64,000 nucleotides of DNA, from assembly GCA_963792405.1 (NCBI GenBank), contig CAWBVU010000006.1, forward strand, positions 410,325-474,324. The letters run 5' to 3'. How positions within the stretch are numbered: the first letter of the stretch is position 1; every line of letters starts with the position of its first letter. The translations under genes were made by a program, and so were the position numbers. Below, in pieces: positions 9,817 through 23,092 of this stretch. The DNA is from an uncultured Acidimicrobiia bacterium (GTDB lineage: Bacteria > Actinomycetota > Acidimicrobiia > Spongiisociales > UBA5794). The notes beneath the pieces are model-generated. The model worked only from the letters and a program-made list of their open reading frames with translations. It ran no database searches and was not told where the DNA came from.

Positions 9817-10584
9817 GTGGAACTCGTCGACTACGCCGTCGATGACGCCGTTGCCGTCATCACCCTGAACCGACCCCCTGTGAATGCGCTGAACCCCGCC
9901 CTGATCGGCGACATCGACGCCGCGATCGCGCGTGCCGAGGATCCCGACGTGCGGGCCGTCGTCATCACCGGGACTCCGCACTTCGCCGCAGGCGCCGACA
10001 TCACGGGCTTCCAGGCGGCCTTCGACTCCGGAGCGAAGGAGCGCCAGGCGACGGGGCTCTCGGAGGCCGTGCTGAGGCTCGAGAACCTGCACAAGCCGAC
10101 CATTGCCGCGATCAGGGGATTCGCCCTCGGCGGTGGCCTCGAGCTGGCGATGGGTGCGGACTTCCGGTACCTCGCCGAGGGGGCGCGCGTCGGCCAGCCC
10201 GAGATCCTCCTCGGCATCATCCCCGGCGCAGGAGGGACCCAACGGCTCGCCCGCATCGTCGGACCGCAGCGGTGCAAGGAGATGTGCATGACCGGCCGCC
10301 ACGTGAGCGCGGAGGAGGCGTCGAGGATCGGGCTCGCGGACAGGGTCGTCCCCGACGACGAGCTGTTGGACGCGGCACTCGACGCCGCACGCGCCTTCGC
10401 CGAGGGCCCGACCGTGGCGTACGCCGCCGTCAAGCGGGCGATCGCCCGAGGCGTCGACCGACCCCTCGACGACGGGCTGGCGATCGAGGCAGAGCAGTTC
10501 GCCCGCGTCTTCCAGACCGAGGATGCGAGGATCGGCGTGCGAGCGTTCCTCGCCAAGGAGTCGCCGGAGTTCCTCGGACGGTGA
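9817..10584 (+). CDS. enoyl-CoA hydratase/isomerase family protein
   Basis: Crotonase fold motifs AAIRGFALGGGLELAMGADFR; GTG start VELVDYAVDD. Confidence 0.85.
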   Translation: MELVDYAVDDAVAVITLNRPPVNALNPALIGDIDAAIARAEDPDVRAVVITGTPHFAAGADITGFQAAFDSGAKERQATGLSEAVLRLENLHKPTIAAIRGFALGGGLELAMGADFRYLAEGARVGQPEILLGIIPGAGGTQRLARIVGPQRCKEMCMTGRHVSAEEASRIGLADRVVPDDELLDAALDAARAFAEGPTVAYAAVKRAIARGVDRPLDDGLAIEAEQFARVFQTEDARIGVRAFLAKESPEFLGR

Positions 10585-10660
10585 CACGGCGGGGTCGCGA
10601 CCGGCGCTGGACCCGGGGTCGACACCGTCCCCACGCCCTCCATCCTCCTACCCTTGCCGG

Positions 10661-11800
10661 ATGGCCCGGACCCTCCCGAGATGGATCGGACGCGTCGCCC
10701 TCGTCGTCGGCGCCGTGGTCGTCGTCGCGTGGATCCTGCTCGGGTGGCTCCACGCCAACGCCATTCGCAGCGAGTTCCTGATTCCCCGACCCCACCTCGA
10801 GGGCTACCCGCTCGAGGTCGTCTCCAATGACGCGGGCCGGGTCGTGGTCACCGCGACACCGGAATCCGAGAGGGAGGGCGTCTGGGGTCTCGAAGGGCAG
10901 GACGGGTATGCACAGGTGTCGACGATCGTCGCCATCACCCCCGAGCAGGTCGAACGGGGTGTCCGCACGCTGGAGGGGGATCTCCAGGCCGGCGACATGG
11001 CCAGGATCGACCCCGATGCCTTCACGGGTGATCCCCTCACCGCCCACAGGATCGGGTTCGAGGATGCGGTGATCCCCTCCGACATCGGACCGCACGTCGG
11101 GTGGTTCGTCGACGGCAGGAGGTCGACGTGGATCATCTTCGTCCACGGCATCGGGAACGACCGCCACACCGAGTCGTTGCGGTTGATCCCCAGCCTCGTC
11201 GAGCAGGGCTTCCCCGTCATGGTCATCTCCTACCGCAATGACATCGGCGCCACACCGAGCCCTTCGGGTATGCGGGTGTGGGGTCTCGAGGAATGGCGTG
11301 ACGTGGATGCCGCGATCGAGCTCGCCCTCCGGAAGGGGGCGAAGGACTTCGTGCTGTACGGATCGGGGTACGGGGCGAGCATCGTGTCGATGTTCCTCCA
11401 CGATTCCGACCAGATCGGAACCGTCAGGGGCGCCGTGTACGAATCGCCGGTCGTCGACCTCGAGTCGGTCGTCGTCCGATGGGCGCGGGAATCCGGCACC
11501 CCCCGTATCGTCGGGTGGCTCGGACGTCGACTCGCCGCGATCCGGTTCGGTGTCGACTGGGGGATGCTCGACCAGGTCGAGCGAGCACAGGAATTCGACG
11601 TCCCGCTGCTCGTCCTGGTCGGGGGCGAGGACCCGGTGTCGTACCCTTCCGAGATCGAGGCGTTCGCCGATGCGGTCGGACCCCTCGCGACGTCCTCCCG
11701 CTTCGAGCAGGCGGGGCACGCCGACCTGTGGAACATCGATCAGGAGAGGTACGAGCGCACGATCAGGGACTGGCTCCTTGAGCTGCTCGGACCCGAATAG
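10661..11800 (+). CDS. membrane-anchored alpha/beta hydrolase
   Basis: N-terminal TM helix, IFVHGIGND, GSGYGAS nucleophile elbow. Confidence 0.7.
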   Translation: MARTLPRWIGRVALVVGAVVVVAWILLGWLHANAIRSEFLIPRPHLEGYPLEVVSNDAGRVVVTATPESEREGVWGLEGQDGYAQVSTIVAITPEQVERGVRTLEGDLQAGDMARIDPDAFTGDPLTAHRIGFEDAVIPSDIGPHVGWFVDGRRSTWIIFVHGIGNDRHTESLRLIPSLVEQGFPVMVISYRNDIGATPSPSGMRVWGLEEWRDVDAAIELALRKGAKDFVLYGSGYGASIVSMFLHDSDQIGTVRGAVYESPVVDLESVVVRWARESGTPRIVGWLGRRLAAIRFGVDWGMLDQVERAQEFDVPLLVLVGGEDPVSYPSEIEAFADAVGPLATSSRFEQAGHADLWNIDQERYERTIRDWLLELLGPE

Positions 11801-11809
11801 GTGGACGCA

Positions 11810-12945
11810 ATGACGGACACGCTCTATCTCGACCACGCCGCGACGACGACGCTGCGCCCCGAGGCCAGGCGACGACTCATCGCCGCACTCGACGAGGCGG
11901 CGGGCAACCCATCGGGCACCCACGCCGTGGCGCGGGCGGCGAAGAACCTCCTCGAGGACGCCCGTGAGCGTGCCGCGATCCTCCTCGGCGCCGACACGCC
12001 GCACGAGATCGTCTTCACGGCTGGCGGAACGGAGTCGGACAACCTCGCCGTCGTCGGGGCCGCGCTCGCCCACGAAGGGCATGGCATCGTGGTCTCGGCG
12101 ATCGAGCACAAGGCGGTGTCGGCTCCCGCCCACTCCCTGGTTCGTTCCGGGTACCACGTGGAGGAGGCGGCGTGCGATCGCGATGGCGTCGTCCATCCCG
12201 ATCACGTCACACCGCTCGTGTCGGCACGAACGGCCGTCGTCTCCGTCATGGCGGCGAACAACGAGGTCGGTACCGTGCAACCCGTCGCCGCCATCGCGCG
12301 TGCCGTGCGGACGACGTCGTCGGCGGTCGTCCACACCGATGCCGTCCAGGCCTTCGTCGGCACCGACCTGTCGGTGGCGGGAACCGCCGCGGACCTCATC
12401 TCCCTCTCTGCGCACAAGTTCGGAGGCCCGAAGGGCGTCGGTCTCCTGTACGTGCGACGCGGGACGAGGCTCGATCCCATCCTCCGCGGCGGCGGCCAAG
12501 AGGCCGGACGACGGCCGGGGACGTCCAACGTGGCGGGAGCGGCGGGCATGGTCGCCGCCATGGAGGCGACAGTGGCGGACCGGGATCGGTTCGCCGTCGT
12601 GGTGGGAGGGGAGAGGGACGCCTTCGAAGCCAGGCTCGCGGAGCTGGTGCCCGGCATCGTCGTGTCCGGTGAAGGTGCGACGAGGATGCCCCACTTCTCC
12701 CACATCCGCTTTCCCGGCATTCGTGCGGAAACGCTGCTCATCCGCCTCGACCGCCATGGCATCCACGCCTCGGCGGGATCGGCATGCCAGTCGGGCGCCA
12801 TCGAACCGAGCCACGTCCTCACCGCGATGGGGATGAGCGAGGTGGACGCAGCACGATGCGTGCGGTTCACCTTCGGATGGGACACGGTCGAGGGAGACGG
12901 AACGAAGGCAGCCGACGCCGTGGCCGCGGTCGTGAAGGACGCCTC

Positions 12946-12949
<4 letters not shown>
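11810..12949 (+). CDS. iscS: cysteine desulfurase (IscS/NifS class)
   Basis: LYLDHAATT, SAHKFGGPKG PLP lysine motif and GSACQSG active-site Cys loop; immediately upstream of mnmA as in the actinobacterial iscS-mnmA pair. Confidence 0.9.
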
Positions 12950-16078
<3,129 letters not shown>

Positions 16079-16098
16079 TCCGCCGACGCGGCGCGTCC

Positions 16099-16497
16099 TC
16101 AGCCCGAGAACTCGACGGTGACGCCATCGACGCCGTCATGCCCCGAGAGGGCGTCGCCCACTCGGATCAGGAGGGCATCGGAGTCGCCGATGCGGTTCCG
16201 TCCGCGGAGGCGATCCCCCATCGAGCGGTGCCTGCCGATCGTGACGCCGCCCGTATGCGGCAGTTCGTCGCTGTCGACGGAACACGCGCAGTGGTACCTG
16301 GCGTCGCCGATCCGGACGTCGAAGTCCCAGCCGTGGTCCTCGTCGTAGACCTCCGAGACCTCGACATCACCGACGCGCAGGACGTCGGTGAGCCATTCGG
16401 CGAGTGCCCGCCCACCGATCCCGTTGATGGTCTGCGCACGCACCTCGTCGGGATCGTCGAAGGCGTCCGAGGTGAACGACACGTGTGCGAAAGTCAT
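16099..16497 (-). CDS. hypothetical protein (acidic, 132 aa)
   Basis: ORF with genome-typical codon usage, convergent with ligA; no recognised domain. Confidence 0.45.
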   Translation of the reverse strand: MTFAHVSFTSDAFDDPDEVRAQTINGIGGRALAEWLTDVLRVGDVEVSEVYDEDHGWDFDVRIGDARYHCACSVDSDELPHTGGVTIGRHRSMGDRLRGRNRIGDSDALLIRVGDALSGHDGVDGVTVEFSG

Positions 16498-16556
16498 CGG
16501 TCTCCCTCCGTCGTCGGGGCCCCGACCCGTTCCGCGGGCTCATCGGCGATCATCGC

Positions 16557-17651
16557 TCAGCCCTCGGGTCCTGCCGAGAACACCACTTCGAGCGTGGCGC
16601 CGTCCTCCATCTCGACGAAGCCGCCGGTGAACACGGGGACGTCGAAGTCGGACAGGACGATGAAGGTCTCTCCTGTGATCGAAAGGGTGGCGTCCTCCTC
16701 GATCCTCGCCTCGATCGACCACGTCACCGGCATCGTGATGTCGTTGATGGTCATGTCGCCGGTCACGTCGAAGGCGACGACCTCCCCGACGGCCGCCTCG
16801 GGCGGAAGGCCGAACTCGTCGCCGGAGAAGACGCCTTCGGGATGCTCCGCAAACCAGCCTCGCACCCTGCCGTCGCGCTGGCTCTGGTCCGAGACGAACG
16901 ACTGGAGGTCGATCGTGAACGAGAACGGTCCGGCGGGGATGATCGATCCGGTGATGGACTCCGTGGTGCCAACCGCCACGGTGGCGAGTCCTCGCAGCGT
17001 CTCCTCCACGGAGTAGGTGGCGAGTCCGGTCGAGACGGTGTACGACGGTGCGAGGTCCTCTGGGATCGAGAGTGCGCCCTCGAGTGCGCGGACGGTCGTC
17101 GTCGTGGCTTCCGTGGACCCAGTGGCGGCCGCCACGGTCGTGGTGGTGCTGGCCACGGGGAGGTCGTCGAGTCCGAGCTCCCCGGAGGCGACGTTCCCCC
17201 TCCCGAAGAGACCGATCCCGAGCGCGACCGCGATCGCGACGGGGATCGCGCCCAACCACATCGAGGACGTGAGGCCCGAGAGCAGGGGAGTGAGGAAGCC
17301 GAGGGTGATGAAGATGATCGCGGCGAGCGGTGCGGCGTACGGCACGAGGTTCGAGAGGGTCGTCTGGTCCACGATGGTGACCGCGAGCATCGCGACGAAC
17401 CACCCGCCGGCCATCGCCCATCCGAACAGTCGGCGGGGATGTGCGGACGCACGGATGCGCCTCCACAGCATGCCGGCCACGACGCCGAGCGCGAGCGACA
17501 CGAGGACGACCGTGAGGCTGTTGGCGACGATCTCGTCGGGACTCCGCAAGGGGAGGGACACGAGGGCGGCCACGATGGCCGCGATGGCGCCTGCCACGAG
17601 GCCCGCCACTGCGGGATGCCACGCATCGGGGTCGTAGGTGTACTCGGTCAC
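16557..17651 (-). CDS. YceI-like domain protein with four N-terminal TM helices
   Basis: C-terminal YceI-like beta-barrel motifs (SFTIDLQSFVSD...WSIEARI); Thr/Ala-rich linker; GTG start with GAGGAG RBS. Confidence 0.65.
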   Translation of the reverse strand: MTEYTYDPDAWHPAVAGLVAGAIAAIVAALVSLPLRSPDEIVANSLTVVLVSLALGVVAGMLWRRIRASAHPRRLFGWAMAGGWFVAMLAVTIVDQTTLSNLVPYAAPLAAIIFITLGFLTPLLSGLTSSMWLGAIPVAIAVALGIGLFGRGNVASGELGLDDLPVASTTTTVAAATGSTEATTTTVRALEGALSIPEDLAPSYTVSTGLATYSVEETLRGLATVAVGTTESITGSIIPAGPFSFTIDLQSFVSDQSQRDGRVRGWFAEHPEGVFSGDEFGLPPEAAVGEVVAFDVTGDMTINDITMPVTWSIEARIEEDATLSITGETFIVLSDFDVPVFTGGFVEMEDGATLEVVFSAGPEG

Positions 17652-17676
17652 ATGTCGCTCCTCTGCCCGCCGATCC

Positions 17677-18078
17677 TCACTGGACCCTGAACGTCCACAC
17701 CACGGTGCCCGCATCCATGCCGGTGTCACCGCCGACGTACGTCGCCACGACGGTGTGGTCGCCGGGCGACCATCGCTCGATCACCTTCCCGGAGCCGGGT
17801 TCGAACTGGTGTCGTCCCGTCTCGATGATGGAGTCCACCTGGTCCTCCGGGATCGTCTGTCCATCGATCACGAACGTGGCCGTGTAGCCGGGAAGCAGGT
17901 CGATGATCACCTTGATCGGCTGGACCACGAGGTCGCCGTCACCTGGTGCGTAGGACTCAACGGCTGGCGGCAGGCGCTCGGGGTCGCCCGACGGGATGAA
18001 CAGGATGGCGCCCCCCACGATCGCGACGAGGGCGACGGCGAGGAGCGTGTAGACGATCCGGTAGCCCGTGGTGGTCAT
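17677..18078 (-). CDS. small membrane-anchored hypothetical protein
   Basis: Single TM helix then soluble domain; start set at MTTTGYRIV within ORF 17677..18174. Confidence 0.45.
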   Translation of the reverse strand: MTTTGYRIVYTLLAVALVAIVGGAILFIPSGDPERLPPAVESYAPGDGDLVVQPIKVIIDLLPGYTATFVIDGQTIPEDQVDSIIETGRHQFEPGSGKVIERWSPGDHTVVATYVGGDTGMDAGTVVWTFRVQ

Positions 18079-18139
18079 GTGCGGGGATGCTACGGCGGCA
18101 GATGACGAACGAGGACCGGCCATCGGGTAGCGTTGCCCC

Positions 18140-19291
18140 GTGCATCTCAATCCCGTCCTCACCCAGCTCGGCACCTACCCGATCGCCGCGGTCCAGGAGC
18201 GTGCGGCGACGAGACGCGAGATGGGGCTTCCCGTCATCGACTTCTCCATCGGCGACCCCCGCGAACCCACCCCCGAGTTCATCGCCGAAGCCCTCAGGAA
18301 CGGTGTTCCCGCGGTGTCCCAGTACCCGACGACGGCAGGCCGGAAGGAGTTGAGGGAGGCGATCGCCGAATACCTGCTGCGTCGCCACGGTGTCCAGGTC
18401 GATCCGGCATCGCAGATCATCCCGACGAGCGGGTCGAAGGAGGCGATCTTCAGCACGCCGTTCGCGTTCGTCGACAAGGATGCCCGTGACATCGTCGTGT
18501 TCCCTTCGCCCGGCTATCCGGTCTACGAGCGCGGCGCGATGTTCGCGGGGGCCGAGCTGTACCGGGTGGTGCTGTCGGGTGATTTCGTGTTGAGGGCCTC
18601 CGACATTCCGCCGGAGGTGTGGGAGCGGTCACCGCTCGTGTGGATCTGCACCCCTCACAACCCGTCGGGATCGGTCACCACGGAGGATGACCTGAGGCAG
18701 CTCGTCGCGATGACGAGGGCTCACGACGCGCTCCTGTTGTCCGACGAGTGCTACTCGGACGTCTATGAGGACGAGGCGTACCCGGACGGTCCCGCATCGA
18801 TCCTCCAGGTTGCGGGAGACGACCTCTCGCACGTCCTCGTGTACCTGTCGCTGTCGAAGCGCTCGGGGATGACGGGGTATCGGTCAGGCGCGATCGTCGG
18901 CGATCGCGAGGCGATCGCGGCGTTGAAGTCGCTGCGATCGACGACCGGCACGGCTTCGGCCGATTTCGTGCAGTCCGCCGCCATCGCGGCGTGGGGAGAC
19001 GACGCCCATGCCGCAGATCGACGTCACATCTTCACGGCGAAGCGACGCATCCTCGAGCGTGCCTTCCTCGAGGCGGGGATGGAGATCGTCGGATCGAGGG
19101 CGGGCCTGTACCTGTGGGTACGGGTCGGCGACGACTTCGCCGTGACCGACCACCTCCTCGAATACGGCATCGTCGTGTCGCCCGGCACCTTCTTCGGAGA
19201 GGGGGGCGAGGGGTACATCAGGCTCGCACTCGTCCCGAGCCTGGACGAGTGCGAGGCAGCGGCGGATGCCCTGTCGGATGCCCTGAGGTGA
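18140..19291 (+). CDS. dapC: PLP-dependent aminotransferase, probable N-succinyldiaminopimelate aminotransferase
   Basis: Class I aminotransferase with SLSKRSGMTGYRSG lysine motif; directly upstream of dapD and dapE. Confidence 0.75.
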   Translation: MHLNPVLTQLGTYPIAAVQERAATRREMGLPVIDFSIGDPREPTPEFIAEALRNGVPAVSQYPTTAGRKELREAIAEYLLRRHGVQVDPASQIIPTSGSKEAIFSTPFAFVDKDARDIVVFPSPGYPVYERGAMFAGAELYRVVLSGDFVLRASDIPPEVWERSPLVWICTPHNPSGSVTTEDDLRQLVAMTRAHDALLLSDECYSDVYEDEAYPDGPASILQVAGDDLSHVLVYLSLSKRSGMTGYRSGAIVGDREAIAALKSLRSTTGTASADFVQSAAIAAWGDDAHAADRRHIFTAKRRILERAFLEAGMEIVGSRAGLYLWVRVGDDFAVTDHLLEYGIVVSPGTFFGEGGEGYIRLALVPSLDECEAAADALSDALR

Positions 19292-19352
19292 GGCAGGTGG
19301 CCCGAGCGCCCGGCACCGGACACAGCAGACGGACGAGGGAGGAGTGACGCCG

Positions 19353-20156
19353 ATGGACGACCGATCGACGATCGAGGCTGCGTACCTCGGTGAGATCCCG
19401 ATCGACGACGCTGCAGACGCCGTTGCACGGACGATCGCCGAGCTCGACGCCGGCCGCGTCAGGGTCGCCGATCCGAACGATGGGTGGCACGTCCATGCGT
19501 GGGTGAAGGAGGCGATCCTGTTGTACTTCCGCCTCTCCGACATGGCGACCGTCGAGGTCGGACCCTTCGAGTACCACGACAAGATCCCGACCAAGAGGGG
19601 ACTCGCCGACCAGGGGGTGCGCGTCGTGCCGCCCGGGACGGTCCGCTACGGGGCGTTCTGCGAGCCCGGCGTCATCATCATGCCGGGCTACGTCAACATC
19701 GGTGCCTATGTCGGTGCGGGGACCATGGTCGATACGTGGGCCACCGTCGGATCCTGTGCGCAGATCGGAAGGGACGTCCACCTGTCGGGGGGCGTTGGCA
19801 TCGGGGGGGTCCTCGAACCACCGGGTGCCCGGCCGGTCATCATCGAGGACGGAGCATTCATCGGCAGCAGGAGCATCATCGTTGAGGGAACGCTCGTCGA
19901 GCGCGGGGCCGTCATCGGAGCGAACACGACGATCACCGCCTCCACTCCGATCATCGACGTCACGGGGAGCGAACCCGTGGAGATGCGGGGGAGGGTTCCC
20001 GCGAACAGCGTCGTGGTGCCGGGCTCGCGACCGAAGGCCTTCCCTGCAGGGACCTACGACCTTCCCTGTGCCCTCATCATCGGCACCCGCTCGGAGTCGA
20101 CCGACCGCAAGACCTCACTCAACGACGCCCTTCGCACCTTCCAGGTCTCCGTATGA
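19353..20156 (+). CDS. dapD: 2,3,4,5-tetrahydropyridine-2,6-dicarboxylate N-succinyltransferase
   Basis: Actinobacterial-type DapD with hexapeptide repeats; GGAGG RBS 8 nt upstream of ATG. Confidence 0.85.
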   Translation: MDDRSTIEAAYLGEIPIDDAADAVARTIAELDAGRVRVADPNDGWHVHAWVKEAILLYFRLSDMATVEVGPFEYHDKIPTKRGLADQGVRVVPPGTVRYGAFCEPGVIIMPGYVNIGAYVGAGTMVDTWATVGSCAQIGRDVHLSGGVGIGGVLEPPGARPVIIEDGAFIGSRSIIVEGTLVERGAVIGANTTITASTPIIDVTGSEPVEMRGRVPANSVVVPGSRPKAFPAGTYDLPCALIIGTRSESTDRKTSLNDALRTFQVSV

Positions 20157-21223
20157 GCGTTCTCGACACCCTCATCGAGATCGTGAACGTCCCCTCCGTC
20201 ACCGGTGATGAGGGGGCGATCTGCTCACTGCTCGAGGAGCGGTTCGGCGACCACCACACGACCCGGATCGGGAACTCGCTCGTGGTCGGGCTCCCCACGT
20301 TGGGCGAGCCGTTCTTCGCCCTGTACGGTCACCTCGACACGGTGCCCGAACAGGGTGACCCGAAGGCGAGGGTCGATGGCGACCACCTCGTCGGGCTCGG
20401 TGCCTCCGACATGAAGGGCGGCGTGGCGGTGATGATCGACCTGCTCGAGGATCAGGATCTCGCGCCGGCCCATGATGTCGTGTTCGTGTTCTACGCAGGC
20501 GAGGAAGGGCCTGCAGATGGCAACGAGCTCGGCGCGGTCCTCGACGGCTGCCCATGGCTCACCGACGCTGCCCTGTCGATCGTGCTCGAACCGACCGACC
20601 TCAACGTCGAGATCGGCTGCAACGGCGTGATCAACGCCGATGTCGTGTTCGTCGGGAAGAGTGCGCACTCCGCCAGGCCGTGGCTCGGACGCAATGCCAT
20701 CACGAGAGCGGGGTCGTGGCTGGCGATGCTCGATGCGATGGAGCCGGAGCTGGTCGACATCGACGGTCTGGAGTACCGGGAGGTCTTCTCGGTGACCAGG
20801 GCGGCGGGCGGCATCGCGAACAACATCATCCCACCCGAGTTCGTGCTCAACCTCAACTATCGCTTCCCGCCGATCTACACGCTCGCCGAGGCAGAGCAGA
20901 GGCTCCACACCGTGACGGCACAGGCGGACGAGGTCGTCATCAAGGATCGTGCGCCTGCCGGCGGGGCGGCTCCCGACGACCCATGGGTCAGGCGGCTCGA
21001 GGCCGTTGCGGGAGGCCGTCGCCAGGCCAAGCAGGGTTGGACGGACGTGGCGAGGCTCACGGCGCGCGGCGCCGTGGCGGTGAACTATGGGCCAGGCATC
21101 GTCGCCCAGGCCCATCAGGTCGGCGAGTACGTCCCGATCGGGAACCTCGATCGAGCCCATTCGGTCCTGTGGGAGTTCCTCTCGGGGATCGATGGTGGGA
21201 CGGGGGACGGGCTCGCCGAGTAG
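20153..21223 (+). CDS. dapE: succinyl-diaminopimelate desuccinylase
   Basis: M20 peptidase motifs YGHLDTV, GASDMKGG, AGEEG; ATGA overlap with dapD. Confidence 0.85.
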   Translation: MSVLDTLIEIVNVPSVTGDEGAICSLLEERFGDHHTTRIGNSLVVGLPTLGEPFFALYGHLDTVPEQGDPKARVDGDHLVGLGASDMKGGVAVMIDLLEDQDLAPAHDVVFVFYAGEEGPADGNELGAVLDGCPWLTDAALSIVLEPTDLNVEIGCNGVINADVVFVGKSAHSARPWLGRNAITRAGSWLAMLDAMEPELVDIDGLEYREVFSVTRAAGGIANNIIPPEFVLNLNYRFPPIYTLAEAEQRLHTVTAQADEVVIKDRAPAGGAAPDDPWVRRLEAVAGGRRQAKQGWTDVARLTARGAVAVNYGPGIVAQAHQVGEYVPIGNLDRAHSVLWEFLSGIDGGTGDGLAE

Positions 21224-21263
21224 GTTGGGGCCCGCGCAGGCGAGTGGCACACCAGGAGGCACG

Positions 21264-21647
21264 GTGGACATCGGCGGATGGGAGGTTGCGGAGCATCTCG
21301 CACTCTGGATCGAGTTCGCCGCGGTCGTCATCATCGCCATCGACGTCGTGCTGGCGATCGCGATGGCGATCAGGACCCAGGTCATCCATGGTTCGGGTGC
21401 CGCCTTCGACATCTTCAAGAAGACGATGGCGCGTGGCCTGCTCGTGGGCCTCGACCTCCTCATCGCCGCGGACATCATCAAGACGGTCACCCTCGAGCCC
21501 ACGCTCGACAACGTCCTCGTGCTCGCGATCCTCGTCCTGGTTCGCACGTTCCTGAGCTGGAGCCTCGTGGTCGAGATCGAGGGACGCTGGCCGTGGGAGG
21601 TGCGCTCGTCCCGACACGAGGAGGCGGTCCGTCCGACGGACAGTTGA
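21264..21647 (+). CDS. DUF1622-type small membrane protein
   Basis: Two TM helices, conserved LVGLDLLIAADIIKTV; GTG start preceded by AGGAGG. Confidence 0.6.
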   Translation: MDIGGWEVAEHLALWIEFAAVVIIAIDVVLAIAMAIRTQVIHGSGAAFDIFKKTMARGLLVGLDLLIAADIIKTVTLEPTLDNVLVLAILVLVRTFLSWSLVVEIEGRWPWEVRSSRHEEAVRPTDS

Positions 21648-21704
21648 TCCCCCTGCGGAGGTCCTCAGGCGCTAGGGTGGTGGTTACTGACGAAAGGTGG
21701 ATGG

Positions 21705-21890
21705 ATGGGAGACTTCCTCAAGGCACTCGCCGTGTTCGCGATCGCCTTCGTGGTGTTCACGTTCCCTGCGACATGGTTGCTGATGCTCTTCTTCGGGAAC
21801 CTCGGGCTCGCGCTGTCCTACATGGCCACGCTCCCGCTCGGCATCCTCGTATCCGTCGTCATCGGTGGAGTCACCTCGCGCAGCTGGTGA
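21705..21890 (+). CDS. small hydrophobic protein (61 aa)
   Basis: Two predicted TM helices; AAGGTGG-like RBS; could be non-coding. Confidence 0.35.
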   Translation: MGDFLKALAVFAIAFVVFTFPATWLLMLFFGNLGLALSYMATLPLGILVSVVIGGVTSRSW

Positions 21891-22070
21891 GCCTGCGCTC
21901 CCGCGAGGTTCCCATCCCGTCGGTCGTGAGTCCCGCGAACCGAGACCATCAGCCCTCCCCCGATAGTTGCTGAGTCGCACAGTCAAGATCTCAGCGATAG
22001 ACTGATCCCGTTTGGGCATCGAGCCGGGCGCTCGCGCACGCGGGCACCGGGGATCCGGGAGGAGACGATC

Positions 22071-23072
22071 ATGACCACGTCGGCGCAGTCGGCCAAGGGC
22101 GGATTCGGCAGCGTAGGGACCACACGAAAGATCGCGGCCGCTGTGGTCGTCATCGTCGGCGTGGTGTTCATCGCAGTGACGTTCATCAACAACCTGTTCG
22201 CGGTCGGCCCCGCATTCGAGGAGCTGATCGATGACTTCAGGCCGGTGCTGTCGGATGAATCCCTCGCCACGGCGCGGGCGGACATCGGCGGCCTCCAGGC
22301 AGCGGGGGAGGAGTTCCAGACCACGGTGGCGCCTGCCATGGCGGGAGCCATGGGCATCAGCGTCGAGGAGTTCGGCGCGATGGTGCAGACGAACTACCCG
22401 GCGGTCGCCCAGGGCATGGCGGCCCTCCCGGAGATCACGACGACCTTCTCGGGCCTCGTGGACACGCTCGAGAGCCAGCGACCCCTCTTCGAGTCCGCCG
22501 ACGCCATCCCGACGGATGACCTGCCCGCGACGACGGTTCCCTGGATCATCACGATCTCCGGTCTCCTCGCGATCGCGGCGGGGGTGCTCCTGCTGCTGCC
22601 CGGGCGGGTGTGGCCCATCGTGACGGCCGCCCTCGGTGCGGTGCTCCTCATCGCCACCTTCGCCCTCAGCCTGCCGCAGAAGGCGGCTGATGCCGACGAG
22701 CTCAACGAGAACCTCACCCCCATCTACACGCAGGAGCTCATCGACGGTGCCACGGCCTCCCTCGGGGTCGTGGCAGCGATGGGTGAGCAGATGCAGACGA
22801 GCATGCTCCCGGACCTGGCCGCCCAGATGGGCATGTCACAGGATGAGCTGAATGCCTTCATGGGGCAGAACTTCCCGGCGACCGCGGCGGCGATGCAGTC
22901 GATGCCGGATGCCATGGGGCGTTTCACGGCCTTCGTCGGGGTCTTCGAGGCCAATCTCGACAACTACGAGACGATCCAGCCCGTGAGCTTCAGCCCCATC
23001 ATCTGGATGATGGTGGCCGGTGGCGTGATCCTCGTCCTCGTGGGTGGGGCACTCGTGTTCGTGAAGACGTGA
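22071..23072 (+). CDS. membrane protein with internal duplication (hypothetical)
   Basis: GGGAGGAG RBS; four TM segments; two about 95-aa soluble segments that align (MGISVEEFGAMVQTNYPAVAQGMAALP vs MGMSQDELNAFMGQNFPATAAAMQSMP). Confidence 0.6.
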   Translation: MTTSAQSAKGGFGSVGTTRKIAAAVVVIVGVVFIAVTFINNLFAVGPAFEELIDDFRPVLSDESLATARADIGGLQAAGEEFQTTVAPAMAGAMGISVEEFGAMVQTNYPAVAQGMAALPEITTTFSGLVDTLESQRPLFESADAIPTDDLPATTVPWIITISGLLAIAAGVLLLLPGRVWPIVTAALGAVLLIATFALSLPQKAADADELNENLTPIYTQELIDGATASLGVVAAMGEQMQTSMLPDLAAQMGMSQDELNAFMGQNFPATAAAMQSMPDAMGRFTAFVGVFEANLDNYETIQPVSFSPIIWMMVAGGVILVLVGGALVFVKT

Positions 23073-23092
23073 TCTGACCACCCTCGTGGCGA

